Source of the DNA: an uncultured Candidatus Saccharibacteria bacterium
GTDB taxonomy: Bacteria > Patescibacteriota > Doudnabacteria > UBA920
Direction of reading: 5' to 3'
DNA length: 64,000 nt
Assembly: GCA_964434195.1 (NCBI GenBank)
Contig: CAYSUI010000003.1
Span: forward strand, 26,181 to 90,180
Notes under the pieces: model-generated
Told to the model about the DNA's origin: nothing
The model's input: the letters and a program-made list of their open reading frames with translations, nothing else
The model's database searches: none
Part shown: piece by piece, positions 20,581 through 31,416 of the stretch
Layout of the letters: each line of letters opens with the position of its first letter
Numbering within the stretch: position 1 is the stretch's first letter
Position numbers and translations under genes: made by a program

Positions 20581-21324
20581 TTATTTTGATTCAGATTTGA
20601 ATCGCCACGAAACCAAAACTAGAAGGAATATAAGCCAAGCAAATAGTACCAAAAAATCTTTCCATATATCATTTAATGAAAAAGGATTGAGGAAGAGCGT
20701 TCTAAGTGAATGGGAAAAATATGTTATCGGTAAGATCTGAGCGATTATATTCAACGCCTTTGGCATCGATTCCACTGGGTAGAATGCACCTCCCAGAAAA
20801 GTCATTGGCAACCCAAAGAGAGCAGTGATTGGGGCGGCTACATCGTAGCTCTTAGCTAAAGTAGAAATAAATAAACCAACTAGCAAGAAGACAAGGCTAC
20901 CTAAAATTACAAAAAACAGAATTGGGATAATATTTAGGTTTACATGCACATCGAAGAATATTACTCCAGCTAGGGTTAGTAATAAGACTTGCGCAAAAGC
21001 AATTATAGTACGAGCGGTTACCACGCTTAATACCAATGTAATTGGATTAATAGGGGTTACTAAAAACCTTTTCACAACCCCTTGTGCTCTTAAATCTACT
21101 AACCAATATGCCAGACCGTATATACCGTTCTGCATTATAGTAAGCGCAATTAAACCCGGGAGTAGAAACTCTGAATATGTAGTCGGAAGAGAAATAAACT
21201 TTTCTATTTTGAATAGAGAAAGAATTATATAGAAACCTAAGGGCATTACGAGTATCCAGAAGAGCGCTTGAGGATATCTATAGATCATTCTTAAATTTGT
21301 TTTGAAAAGTTGGATAAATGACAT
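20581..21324 (-). CDS. ABC-2 type transporter permease
   Basis: Six TM helices, FLLPGLIA, FLGGAFYP, ILPITY. Confidence 0.93.
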   Translation of the reverse strand: MSFIQLFKTNLRMIYRYPQALFWILVMPLGFYIILSLFKIEKFISLPTTYSEFLLPGLIALTIMQNGIYGLAYWLVDLRAQGVVKRFLVTPINPITLVLSVVTARTIIAFAQVLLLTLAGVIFFDVHVNLNIIPILFFVILGSLVFLLVGLFISTLAKSYDVAAPITALFGLPMTFLGGAFYPVESMPKALNIIAQILPITYFSHSLRTLFLNPFSLNDIWKDFLVLFAWLIFLLVLVSWRFKSESK

Positions 21325-21325
21325 T

Positions 21326-22270
21326 TTAGATTTCGAATTCTTTACCGGTTAAATGTAGATAAACGTCTTCAAGAGTAGCTGTTTTTACTGTAAACGAGCT
21401 AAAAGGAACGTTTTCTCTTTTGAGCAGATCGACTATAGAACCTAAGCAGTCTAAGCTGCTTATTTCTAAAATAATTTTTGGATTGTTTGTGTGAACTTTT
21501 AACACCTGTGGAATAGATTTCCAAAAATCATCATTTAAGATACTTTGAGTTAGGAACGATACCTGGGTCGTACTAGCAAGATTGTTTATAAGATTCTTTG
21601 GTTCACTTACTGTAACTAATTTTCCTTTGTCCATAATAGCTACACGATCGCAAAGAAATTCTGCTTCTTCCATATAATGTGTTGTGAGGATTATGGTTAC
21701 TCCCCTTTTTTGGATACCTTTTATGAGTTCCCAAAGATCTCTTCTTGCTCTTGGATCGAGACCGGTGGTGGGTTCGTCTAAAAACAATATTTCTGGGTCG
21801 TTTACTAATGAGGTGGCAATTGTGAATCTCTGCTTCTGTCCACCGGAAAGGTTTTTTACCACTTCTTCTGCTTTGTCTTCAAGCCCGACAAAATGAAGCA
21901 TCTGCATTGGGTCAATTTTTTTATTGTAAATTGAAGCAAATAAGACCAAGAGCTCACTAAGTGTAATGCTGTGTAAATAACCGCTTTCCTGAAGTTGTAC
22001 ACCTATACGCTTTTTTATATCACCTGCCGATTTATTGATATCTAAACCTAATAAACTTACACTTCCCGCGCTTGCTTCCCTAAGGGTTTCCAGTATTTCT
22101 AAAGTAGTGGTCTTTCCTGCCCCATTAGGACCAAGAATACCAAATACTTCCCCTTTCATAACAGAGAAGGTGATTTTATTTAATGCTTTAAAGACTTTTT
22201 TGACACCAAAAATACTGTTTTTTTGGATGTACTCTTTTTCTAGGTCTAAAACTTCGATAACTTTTTCCAT
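21326..22270 (-). CDS. ABC transporter ATP-binding protein
   Basis: GPNGAGKTT, LSGGQ, LFLDEPTTGLD; start at 22270 follows TATAAT-6 nt. Confidence 0.96.
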   Translation of the reverse strand: MEKVIEVLDLEKEYIQKNSIFGVKKVFKALNKITFSVMKGEVFGILGPNGAGKTTTLEILETLREASAGSVSLLGLDINKSAGDIKKRIGVQLQESGYLHSITLSELLVLFASIYNKKIDPMQMLHFVGLEDKAEEVVKNLSGGQKQRFTIATSLVNDPEILFLDEPTTGLDPRARRDLWELIKGIQKRGVTIILTTHYMEEAEFLCDRVAIMDKGKLVTVSEPKNLINNLASTTQVSFLTQSILNDDFWKSIPQVLKVHTNNPKIILEISSLDCLGSIVDLLKRENVPFSSFTVKTATLEDVYLHLTGKEFEI

Positions 22271-22381
22271 AGGGTTATTATAACCCGAAAATATTATTGA
22301 CAAGCAAATAGACATTGGATAGTATGCATGGTCAATTGAATGCCCCAAAATTGGCTAAAAATTTCGAAGGAAGGAATACAT

Positions 22382-22777
22382 ATGAGAGAGCGACGTACAG
22401 ATACTAAAGGACGTCGGAAAAATGCTAGACAATGGGGCGAAGACTCAAGTCAGCAAACCCCGAACCATCCACAATCTTTTTTGCTTTTGCAAACATTCAT
22501 TTTTACCATGAAAACCCTCGAAGAGAATGCTGAGCTACATAAAAAACTCGAGGGTTTTGAAAAGTTGCGAGAGGAGAATGCTTCGTTAAGAGCTCAACTT
22601 TTTGAAAAATTAGACCATACTTTTACAAAAAGATTTGCCCTTTTTATTTTCTTTATCGCATTCGTTTTACCTGTACTGATAGGCGTAGGTTATGAGATCT
22701 TTCAGTATTCAATACATAACCTAAGTCCTACTCTGATACAGGCAACGACAAGATTGTTTAGTAAAATTACTCCATGA
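22382..22777 (+). CDS. Hypothetical membrane protein (basic N-terminus, coiled coil, one TM)
   Basis: GGAAGGA before ATG 22382; hydrophobic segment FALFIFFIAFVLPVLIGV. Confidence 0.55.
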   Translation: MRERRTDTKGRRKNARQWGEDSSQQTPNHPQSFLLLQTFIFTMKTLEENAELHKKLEGFEKLREENASLRAQLFEKLDHTFTKRFALFIFFIAFVLPVLIGVGYEIFQYSIHNLSPTLIQATTRLFSKITP

Positions 22778-22828
22778 AAATGGAGCTTTTTTATTTCTTA
22801 ATTTCCAGAATAGCCTTATACTCTAGTT

Positions 22829-24109
22829 ATGAATGAAGAAGTTATTCAACAACAAAGTGAGAACCAAATAAATAAACAAAAAGAGAAGTTTATTTTTGGG
22901 GTATCTACCGCTGCCCATCAAGTAGAGGGCGGGAATACTAATGACTGGAGTGCGTGGGAACTTAAGAACGCTAATAGGTTAGCTAAAGAGTCTGCTCATA
23001 AGTTTGAAAAAGTGGTACCAGATTGGGAAGCGATAGAACCTGAAGCAACAGATCCTAAAAACTATATTTCTGGAAATGCGGCTGATCATTACAATAAATT
23101 TATAGAAGACATTGAGATTATGAAATCTCTTGGTGTTGATGCTTACCGTTTCTCTATTGAATGGTCCCGCATAGAACCCACAGAAGGTAAATGGGATGAA
23201 AGAGAAATACAGCATTACTTTGAAGTACTAGACAAGCTGAAAGAAGTGGGAATAACCCCCTGGGTAACTCTATGGCATAGAACGAACCCTTTATGGATTA
23301 GAGATATAGGTGACTGGTCAAATAGTAAAACAGTAGATTATTACTTAAGATTTGTAGAGAAGATGGTACAGACTTACCGGGGGAGAGTTAAGCACTGGAT
23401 GACTCTAAATGAACCGATTATGAGCCTTGGCGGGGGTTACCTTACAGGTGAATATCCCCCAAATAAAAAGAACCCTATTACTGCGTATAAGGTACTGAAA
23501 AATTTTGCGATAGCGCATAATAAAGCGTACAAGCTTATACATACTTATCAGGAAGACGCCTTTGTGGGCATACCGCACGCTGGTTTTTATTTGGAAGCTT
23601 TCGAAGATAAATTAGTGAACAGACTTACGGTGAAGCTGGGCCACTATTTAGCTAATTGGTTGTTTCTAGACAAGCTCGTGGGTAATTTAGATTTCATAGG
23701 AGTACAGTATTATACCCGAGGGATAGTAGATTGGTTCAAACAAGTACCTGGTCCAGGCGAAAAAACAGATATGGGTTGGGAAGTCTATCCAATAGGCCTT
23801 AGAAAATTTATGGAGATAGCATGGAGAAGATACCATATACCAATGATAGTAACTGAGAATGGTGTGACTGATAGTAAAGATAGAATAAGAGCCAAAGCAA
23901 TCGAGGATCACGTTAGTCAGATTATGAAGGCTAGAGAGGAAGGAATAGATGTGAGGGGATATTTTTATTGGTCCTTACTTGATAATCTTGAATGGGATAA
24001 AGGATTCTGGCCAAAGTTTGGACTAGTTGAGGTGGACAGAATTAATATGCATAGAACCGTTAGACCAAGCGCGCAAAAGTATAAGGAAATAATAAAAAAA
24101 ATCCCTTAA
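22829..24109 (+). CDS. Glycoside hydrolase family 1 (beta-glucosidase)
   Basis: TAAHQVEG, YRFSIEWSRI, TLNEP acid/base, VTENG nucleophile, WSLLDNLEW. Confidence 0.96.
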   Translation: MNEEVIQQQSENQINKQKEKFIFGVSTAAHQVEGGNTNDWSAWELKNANRLAKESAHKFEKVVPDWEAIEPEATDPKNYISGNAADHYNKFIEDIEIMKSLGVDAYRFSIEWSRIEPTEGKWDEREIQHYFEVLDKLKEVGITPWVTLWHRTNPLWIRDIGDWSNSKTVDYYLRFVEKMVQTYRGRVKHWMTLNEPIMSLGGGYLTGEYPPNKKNPITAYKVLKNFAIAHNKAYKLIHTYQEDAFVGIPHAGFYLEAFEDKLVNRLTVKLGHYLANWLFLDKLVGNLDFIGVQYYTRGIVDWFKQVPGPGEKTDMGWEVYPIGLRKFMEIAWRRYHIPMIVTENGVTDSKDRIRAKAIEDHVSQIMKAREEGIDVRGYFYWSLLDNLEWDKGFWPKFGLVEVDRINMHRTVRPSAQKYKEIIKKIP

Positions 24110-24125
24110 AAGGAATTTGCGAAGC

Positions 24126-24692
24126 TTATTTTTGAAAGCTCTCTACATACTGACGAACTTTGAATAAAACGAAAACCGTGTATCCGGTTAGAGCAACAAG
24201 AGTGGCCCAGGGTATCCAGACTCTAGACCAGTATGTATTCACTCTGTACATAAGAAACCCAAGAGTAAACAGATAACATAGAGCCATTAAGCTATTGGTT
24301 AGTGGTGTAGAAAGTTTTCTTAAAGGATTAGTAAATTTTCTCTGCTCATAAGTGTTTACTAACTTTGCTCGCTTTTCTATACTTCTGATCTCTGCGGCGT
24401 TCTTGTGAATTGTGGTTTCAAGATGCATCCAGAATCCAACACCAGAGAAAAACGTTAGAATTGCGAGCAGTGAAAGCATTTGAGTGAAACGAACCAGATC
24501 AGCCGAATAAGGACTTAACACCCCTCCTGAAACAGAGACTAAGCAAGCCACTTGCCATACAATCTCTCCTAGAATTACGAATCCCATCATAACCATCCCA
24601 GTGAGGACGATAATGGGCATGTATGAGGCATTGGCAGTATCTGTTTCAAAGTTTAAATGATGATATGTTTCGAGTTCATATGGATCTAACAT
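24126..24692 (-). CDS. Hypothetical four-TM membrane protein
   Basis: AAGGAGG SD; four hydrophobic segments. Confidence 0.7.
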   Translation of the reverse strand: MLDPYELETYHHLNFETDTANASYMPIIVLTGMVMMGFVILGEIVWQVACLVSVSGGVLSPYSADLVRFTQMLSLLAILTFFSGVGFWMHLETTIHKNAAEIRSIEKRAKLVNTYEQRKFTNPLRKLSTPLTNSLMALCYLFTLGFLMYRVNTYWSRVWIPWATLVALTGYTVFVLFKVRQYVESFQK

Positions 24693-24843
24693 AAACAACC
24701 TCCTTTGGTGTTTGGAAGATAAGATTACTTTACGGTCTCTAACTTTGCAAACTTTGCAAATTCAGAAAATATCGGAGCTAGAGAATTTAAGAACCAAAAG
24801 AGCATTCTAAATTCTAGAATGCTCTTTTTATTTATTGGTATTT

Positions 24844-26298
24844 TTAGATTTGCTCAATTCTGTAAACAACTATAGAAATATTATCTCCTAGATCGCGTCC
24901 TCTTTGCTGAGAGTAGGCCTCCATTTCGTCTTTTGCTAGTCTACCGATACTTGTAAGAATTTTGGATGGGTCTTTTAAAGCACTTACTGAATCCCCTATC
25001 ACTTTAAGTGAATCACCGGGATATGCTTCTCCTAGAAACTTATACAACCCATCAGAAGCTACTACAATGGTGTCCCCTATTTGTAGGCGTATACTTTTTC
25101 GGGTTAGCTCTGGGTTTTCCCCTGCAATAATAGCATTTGTAACCGCACCTACTTCATCTACCTCGTCGACACTTTCGTATAAAACACCACCTTCTCTGTT
25201 ATAAACCACTAACTTTACGTCACCAGCTTGAATGTAATTTAAAGTTCCGTTTTCTATTTTCACACCGATCATACAGGCTGCCGGAGGTTCGGATCCATAG
25301 TATTCCATACTTAACGCCGCATCGGTAAGAGCGGTCACTGAATCCTTGTTCCCTTCTAGCCACTCATTAATTCCCCTTCCGGCTATCTCCGCCATTTTTT
25401 CGCCGTCTTCTCTACCACCCACACCATCTATTACACCGAAGCCGTTTTGCCTCAAATTAAGGACAGTTCGGTCCTGGTTTTCTTTGTATTTGCTCATACC
25501 TCCTATGTCTGAACAGGCTGCTATTGGGCCGTTTAACCCTGTGGATTTGTATGGAGACTCTACTGGATTTTTAATAAATGCCCCGCCTGGTAGATCCTCT
25601 TTTTCTGGTGACACTGGTAATTGCCCTTCTTTGGGACCATAGGATTTTAAAATTTGTTTGGCTATTTTTGTATATGTGTATTGCGAACCATATATGTCAT
25701 TTAGAAATTCTTCCAGACTTGTTTCGTACTGTTTTAATTTTACCTCCTCTACTCTTCCACTGAGTTTCTCTAAAAATACATCTGCCACTTCCCTGGCTTG
25801 ATTAGCAGTCGGGTATTTATTGAAGAACTCTTTGCACGCCTCTTGATCTATTTTATCCCTATCCTCCAAGAGTTCATTTATTAACCTTACTTGATCATCT
25901 TCCTCTTTACTGAATTTTTTGTCGTAATGGTTTTTATAAGCACCAAAGGTCAGAAAAGTTTTGTACTGTTTTCTTAAACCTTCGGTTTTAGACTCAAAAT
26001 TTTTCCATAAAGCTATATAATTACCACTTTCTTGGGCCTTATCTAGCTCTTCGCTAACTTTAATGTTATTCACTAATTCCATGATGTGTTCTTCGGTGAT
26101 ACGCCCTGTACGAATTAAGTCCAATACATACTCAATATTATTACTATCTAGGCTCCAGTCAGGGTTATCTCTCGCTGATATCGCAAAAAACTGAGGATTA
26201 TTCATTCGAAGGGCGGCGAGCAACTTCTGCTCCCTAAAACCCATGTGCTTTTGCTGAGGCTCCTTGGAAAAAACAGATTCGTATTCGTAAGGTTTCAT
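24844..26298 (-). CDS. Protein with helical N-terminal region and C-terminal PP2C/PPM phosphatase domain
   Basis: ENQD, IDGVGG, AGD, VASDGL, GDNISIVV metal-binding motifs. Confidence 0.85.
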   Translation of the reverse strand: MKPYEYESVFSKEPQQKHMGFREQKLLAALRMNNPQFFAISARDNPDWSLDSNNIEYVLDLIRTGRITEEHIMELVNNIKVSEELDKAQESGNYIALWKNFESKTEGLRKQYKTFLTFGAYKNHYDKKFSKEEDDQVRLINELLEDRDKIDQEACKEFFNKYPTANQAREVADVFLEKLSGRVEEVKLKQYETSLEEFLNDIYGSQYTYTKIAKQILKSYGPKEGQLPVSPEKEDLPGGAFIKNPVESPYKSTGLNGPIAACSDIGGMSKYKENQDRTVLNLRQNGFGVIDGVGGREDGEKMAEIAGRGINEWLEGNKDSVTALTDAALSMEYYGSEPPAACMIGVKIENGTLNYIQAGDVKLVVYNREGGVLYESVDEVDEVGAVTNAIIAGENPELTRKSIRLQIGDTIVVASDGLYKFLGEAYPGDSLKVIGDSVSALKDPSKILTSIGRLAKDEMEAYSQQRGRDLGDNISIVVYRIEQI

Positions 26299-26335
26299 AC
26301 AATTTATATTATCAAGGAAAGACACAAAATGAAAA

Positions 26336-26472
26336 ACCTCGGGGCAAGCCCACGAGGTATCGAATCTCATGTGTCATTCCCGAGAAGTCGGGAATCCATG
26401 CGCTTGAATCTCATGGATCCCCGCATGCGCGAGGATGACAACACAGCGGGGCAAGCCCCGGGGTATTAACCC
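26336..26472. repeat. Composite REP-like palindromic element
   Basis: Inner TGTCATTCCCG..CGGGAATCCA / TGGATCCCCGC..GAGGATGACA pair flanked by two GGGGCAAGCCC hairpins. Confidence 0.75.
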
Positions 26473-26512
26473 TAACAGAGATAATAAAAAAAAGTAGCAG
26501 TTTGCTACTTTG

Positions 26513-27757
26513 TTAACTTAGAATCCTATTTAACCAGTCGATGTGGGCAGAAAAAAGATCTGCATGTACTTTAGGGACACTTGCGTCATGGGTACTAATA
26601 CTCAGTACTTTCCAACAAGATTGAATCGTTGAATAAATGAGATGATGCTCATTATCCTGTGCTCGAAAAACCTGCGAACTTCCGAGGTCCATCTTTGGGA
26701 AGTATTTGGTGCCCACAAAGTTAACTCCAGAATCTGGAATAGGGAGACTGCCATTGGAATACCTTAGTATCGCATGTAGACTCTCGCCTAACATTTTGGC
26801 AATTATCTCCTCAGGAAGATCCGATCTTGATGGGAAACAACCAGGACTTACCAGTATTTGTGTAAACTCTGATAAAAATTGAGTTGCATTTTGAAATGCA
26901 GATTTTCTTACAGGTCCATAGTAATTTTCTTTTCCTATTTTTGTTAGGAACTCAAGGGTGTGATTGAGGCTCTGGGGTATGCGCAGTATAACCCTTGATT
27001 CTACTCCTTCTGAAACCTTCTGAAGCCTTGCGACCCAAAGTCCAGTCTCAAGTCTTATGGAGCTGTTAATTTCCATGCCTGGAAAAATACTTGGATTATT
27101 ACAAACCGCATGGAGGGCCTGTAAGTAAAAAGGTGCCAGAGGTGTCAGTTGACCAGACAAGGAAATACCACCTTGAATTTGTGCTTCTTCAGAAATGGCA
27201 TTAACTAAACCAGAGAAGGTATCGAAACTCTTTGTGCTTTCCCTACCCTGAGAAAAGAAAAAGTTGTTTTGTACGGAATTAAACCCTGTGACAAGATAAC
27301 TCTTGCCAACTTTCAAAATACAACTAACCGAAGACTCGTCCTTATGAGCTACCAGGATGGCTGGTCCGCCATTATTACAAGTAGCGTTTAGAGACGCCTG
27401 AATTAGTTCACAGGCAGATAGGAAATCCCTTTCAGCATATGAGTATACTGTCTCTGCGCAATGATCTCCTCTTAACCAACAGTTTATTACTTCAGCAATA
27501 AACTTTGGAGATGCGTGTGAACTACTCCCAGCTATAGCTTTCATATCTTTAGAAAGCAATACTAGCGCTACACCACTCCCCGCCTGCTTGAGAACTAGAT
27601 AATATTCAATTATTCCTTGCTTCTTCAGCGAACAAACTATTGAGTCTTTTATTTTACCAAATGGTGACTCTGTTATTTCGAAACCAGAAAGTGCTGGTGT
27701 AAACTTTTTGACTTTTTCCACCTGCATAATAAGCGCTAACACTAAGTTCTTTAGCAT
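26513..27757 (-). CDS. Hypothetical cytoplasmic protein, probable two-fold internal repeat
   Basis: GGAGG SD; 414 aa; weak similarity between halves. Confidence 0.7.
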   Translation of the reverse strand: MLKNLVLALIMQVEKVKKFTPALSGFEITESPFGKIKDSIVCSLKKQGIIEYYLVLKQAGSGVALVLLSKDMKAIAGSSSHASPKFIAEVINCWLRGDHCAETVYSYAERDFLSACELIQASLNATCNNGGPAILVAHKDESSVSCILKVGKSYLVTGFNSVQNNFFFSQGRESTKSFDTFSGLVNAISEEAQIQGGISLSGQLTPLAPFYLQALHAVCNNPSIFPGMEINSSIRLETGLWVARLQKVSEGVESRVILRIPQSLNHTLEFLTKIGKENYYGPVRKSAFQNATQFLSEFTQILVSPGCFPSRSDLPEEIIAKMLGESLHAILRYSNGSLPIPDSGVNFVGTKYFPKMDLGSSQVFRAQDNEHHLIYSTIQSCWKVLSISTHDASVPKVHADLFSAHIDWLNRILS

Positions 27758-27858
27758 TTTTTCCTCCGTAATTCATGGTTTTTTCAAAAGAACATATTAA
27801 AGAAATATAACCATATTGTCTACTACTCCGAGCTTATTTCGTCTATAATGGTAGATAT

Positions 27859-29934
27859 ATGAAGGACTCAAAGTTTGTGCTTAAAAGCCCCTGGCCACCT
27901 GCCGGGGATCAACCTAAGGCAATAGAGGGATTAGTAAAGTCTATTAAGTCTGACAATAAACACCAGACTCTTCTTGGTGTTACTGGGAGTGGAAAGACTT
28001 TCACAATGTCTGCTGTAGTTAACGAGATACAAAGACCAACTTTGGTTATTTGCCACAATAAAACCTTAGCGGCGCAACTTGCTAGTGAATTTCAGGAATT
28101 TTTCCCTGATAATGCTGTTCATTATTTTGTTTCGTATTATGACTACTACCAGCCTGAGGCTTATATCCCCCGCTCAGATACCTTTATAGAAAAAGAAACT
28201 CAAATTAACGAAGAGATAGACCGCCTTAGAAATGCGGCGACACAGAGTTTGCTTTCTAGAAGAGATGTCCTAATAGTCGCGTCTGTATCGTGTATTTATG
28301 GCTTGGGTAACCCGGGCGATTACGAAAACCTTTCTTTCGACTTAGAAGTTGGAAAGAGTTTTAGACGAGATAAATTGCTTAGAAGACTGACCGACTTACA
28401 GTTCGGTAGGAATGACTATGAATTAAAGCGCGGTACTTTTAGAATTCAAGGAGATACATTAGAAATAAATTTAGCTTCAGAAGATACGGTTGTTAGGGTA
28501 AGTTTTTTTGGTGATGAAATAGAGAAAATTGAAAGACGAGACATGCTCACGGGAGATATATTGGATGAGATGAATAAAATAACTGTTTTCCCTGCCAAAC
28601 ATTTTGTGGCTTCGGAAGAGAAAGTACATGAAGCGATTGAAAAAATAAGAGCAGAATTAAGAGATAGACTTAAAGAGCTAAAAAAGCAGGGAAAAATTTT
28701 AGAAGCTGCTAGGTTGGAACAAAGAACAAATTTCGATATAGAAATGCTATCTAACACTGGTTTTGTAGCGGGTATTGAAAACTACTCTAGACATATTGAT
28801 GGCAGAAATGCAGGCGATCCCCCATCGACCCTTATTGATTATTTTCCGGATGACTTTATTTTGTTTGTTGATGAATCCCACCAAACAATCCCGCAAATAA
28901 ACGGCATGTATAATGGCGACAGAGCTAGAAAAACAACATTGGTAGATTATGGTTTTAGACTCCCTTCGGCATTAGATAATAGACCACTTACTTTTACTGA
29001 GTTTGAGGGAAAAATTACTCAAGTGGTATATGTATCGGCAACTCCGGCAGCTTATGAGATTAGAAAATCTCTTGAAGAAAATGAGATTGTGAAGAATAGA
29101 GAATTTAGAATAAAGAATAAAGAAAAGAAACAGAAAACAGTTCCTACTTCTACTGTTGTGGAGCAAATTATAAGACCGACTGGGTTAGTTGACCCAACAA
29201 TAGAAATAAAACCTATTGAACATCAGGTTGATGATCTGCTTGAACAGATTAAAGAGCGAGTCTCTAAGAATGAAAGGGTTCTAGTTACGACCCTGACTAA
29301 GAAAATGTCTGAAGAACTAACTGAGTATTTGAAAGAGTCCAATATAAAAGTCCAGTATTTGCATTCGGAAGTTGAAACCTTCGATAGACTGGAGATTCTA
29401 AGAGATTTAAGACTCGGCGTATTTGATGTAGTAGTGGGAATTAACTTGCTTAGAGAAGGGTTGGACTTACCAGAAGTTTCTTTAGTGGCAATTCTGGATG
29501 CAGACAAGGAGGGATTTCTTAGAAGCGAAACAGCATTTATGCAAATTATAGGAAGGGCTGCTAGGCATATAAACGGTCACGTAATAATGTACGCAGATAG
29601 AATGACGCGCAGTATGGAGGCGGCTATTAAGGAAACCGAAAGAAGAAGGAATATTCAGATAGCATACAACAAGAAGCATGGAATTACTCCGAAGACTATC
29701 ATAAAGAAAATTCAAGAAAACAGACTCGCTGGGTCTAAGGTGGAATACGACAAAGCAGTGGACCCAGATAAGCCGATAGACGTTTCTAGGATGGATGAGA
29801 AAGAGTTTAAATTTTATACAGAAGAACTTAAGGACCAAATGGAAATGGCGGCGAAGAATTTGGAATTTGAACTTGCGGCAAGATTAAGAGATAAACTGGG
29901 TGAAATAAAAAAACTGAGAAAGATTGGGAAATAG
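27859..29934 (+). CDS. uvrB: Excinuclease ABC subunit UvrB
   Basis: [44 protein letters not shown]-terminal UVR domain. Confidence 0.99.
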   Translation: MKDSKFVLKSPWPPAGDQPKAIEGLVKSIKSDNKHQTLLGVTGSGKTFTMSAVVNEIQRPTLVICHNKTLAAQLASEFQEFFPDNAVHYFVSYYDYYQPEAYIPRSDTFIEKETQINEEIDRLRNAATQSLLSRRDVLIVASVSCIYGLGNPGDYENLSFDLEVGKSFRRDKLLRRLTDLQFGRNDYELKRGTFRIQGDTLEINLASEDTVVRVSFFGDEIEKIERRDMLTGDILDEMNKITVFPAKHFVASEEKVHEAIEKIRAELRDRLKELKKQGKILEAARLEQRTNFDIEMLSNTGFVAGIENYSRHIDGRNAGDPPSTLIDYFPDDFILFVDESHQTIPQINGMYNGDRARKTTLVDYGFRLPSALDNRPLTFTEFEGKITQVVYVSATPAAYEIRKSLEENEIVKNREFRIKNKEKKQKTVPTSTVVEQIIRPTGLVDPTIEIKPIEHQVDDLLEQIKERVSKNERVLVTTLTKKMSEELTEYLKESNIKVQYLHSEVETFDRLEILRDLRLGVFDVVVGINLLREGLDLPEVSLVAILDADKEGFLRSETAFMQIIGRAARHINGHVIMYADRMTRSMEAAIKETERRRNIQIAYNKKHGITPKTIIKKIQENRLAGSKVEYDKAVDPDKPIDVSRMDEKEFKFYTEELKDQMEMAAKNLEFELAARLRDKLGEIKKLRKIGK

Positions 29935-29999
29935 ATCTCACACTGTATTTAGTGAGGGATAAAAAATAGCAGAGCTTGGCTCTGCTTTTTTATATGTTG

Positions 30000-30398
30000 C
30001 TAAATAACTCTTGGGACGGCGACAAGTATCGCTGGAGACAGCGAATACTCCATTGACTTGCGGAGTAGCGTGGCCCAAAGAGAGTCGTAGTCATCGTGGG
30101 TAGTAACGTCTACCGGCATATTGCTCTTTGAGCGAGTAAATACGATGGATGTTCCATCTGCCAAATTCAGATGACAGTATGGGAGACCTTCTGTTATTTC
30201 GAACTTTGCGTCTTCGGTCTCAAGCCCTAGCCAAAAAATGTCCCAGGCGGAGTCTTCACCAAAGCCGCGGAGGCAGATTTTTTTTCCCCCAGGATTTAGT
30301 CCTCTATCTACATCTACGACCAGATTCTTGCAGTTCACTAAAACTTTCCTACCACCGTGCGTTAAGAGAACTTTGTGTAAGTTTGAAATGAGTTGCAT
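30000..30398 (-). CDS. Hypothetical protein
   Basis: AAGGAG SD, upstream TTGACT...TATTAT promoter-like sequence, terminator at ~29965. Confidence 0.6.
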   Translation of the reverse strand: MQLISNLHKVLLTHGGRKVLVNCKNLVVDVDRGLNPGGKKICLRGFGEDSAWDIFWLGLETEDAKFEITEGLPYCHLNLADGTSIVFTRSKSNMPVDVTTHDDYDSLWATLLRKSMEYSLSPAILVAVPRVI

Positions 30399-30571
30399 TG
30401 CATTCTCCTTCTTCGATTTTTTTGAAAAAAGTAAATTTAATAATACAATATTTTTTACTTTTAGTCAATATAGCAACGAGTATAAATATTTTAAATATTG
30501 ACAGAATAAATAATTTATGCTTAAATATATACTTACGCTAATAATCCATTTTGAATTTACGGAGGTAGATT

Positions 30572-31249
30572 ATGAGATTGTTTTTGAAGGAAAATATTTT
30601 GGCTGATTTGGAAGAGGCCAGCAGTAAGCTAGCAACTCTCCCTTTTAACGAAGCGACCAAAGCTGATCGAGATAACCTGGAGAGTTGGATACGTAGACTC
30701 GAAAGGGTTTTGGCCTTTGCCGAACTACCTGATGAGGGCAGAGTGTCTGATACACTCCGCGGGGCTGGTTTTTCCGCTGACCCCAAAGTTTATGGACTCG
30801 ACGGAGATATTGATAAGTACCTGAACCATTCTCGGATGTACGAGGTGTCTTTCATTATCCAGCCCATGCCCTACGAGGGGGAGCACGCAATTTTGTGCTT
30901 TTACCGAAGCGATCATGGCACCCTGGTGGTCAGGGTTGGAATGCGCTATCCGGCGCGTCAAGTGTGGGCGGCTGTGAATGACGAAGATGCGCTAGCGGAG
31001 CACAGGATTGAGCCGTTTGTGATTCACCGTAGGGTGGTGGGATTAAATAACTTCGCCATTCGAAGTTTACCGGTATTTATGCCCAGAGACGGCGAGGGAA
31101 GTAAACTACCACCTGGTGAAATCGCTCAGCGAGTGAGCGCATTCCTCTATCGAAAAAACGTGAAGATTGAGGACGGATTCGTCCGCACCGAAGATCCTTC
31201 GTTCTTGCAGGTGTGTGGAATGATCCTCGATGACTGGTGGAAACAATAG
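30572..31249 (+). CDS. Hypothetical protein
   Basis: GGAGGT SD, TTGACA upstream, terminator downstream. Confidence 0.7.
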   Translation: MRLFLKENILADLEEASSKLATLPFNEATKADRDNLESWIRRLERVLAFAELPDEGRVSDTLRGAGFSADPKVYGLDGDIDKYLNHSRMYEVSFIIQPMPYEGEHAILCFYRSDHGTLVVRVGMRYPARQVWAAVNDEDALAEHRIEPFVIHRRVVGLNNFAIRSLPVFMPRDGEGSKLPPGEIAQRVSAFLYRKNVKIEDGFVRTEDPSFLQVCGMILDDWWKQ

Positions 31250-31416
31250 TACACACTTTTAACCCAAATTTTATTTGGGGATTTTTTTTAAATAGGAATA
31301 AATCTACTAAAATGAATATTTATTGTTATTGACTAGCGTACTAAAAATAAGTATAATGACTAGTTTTAATCTGATTTTTCTGCCATTTGGCAAACATATT
31401 AGGAGGACGAGAAGAT

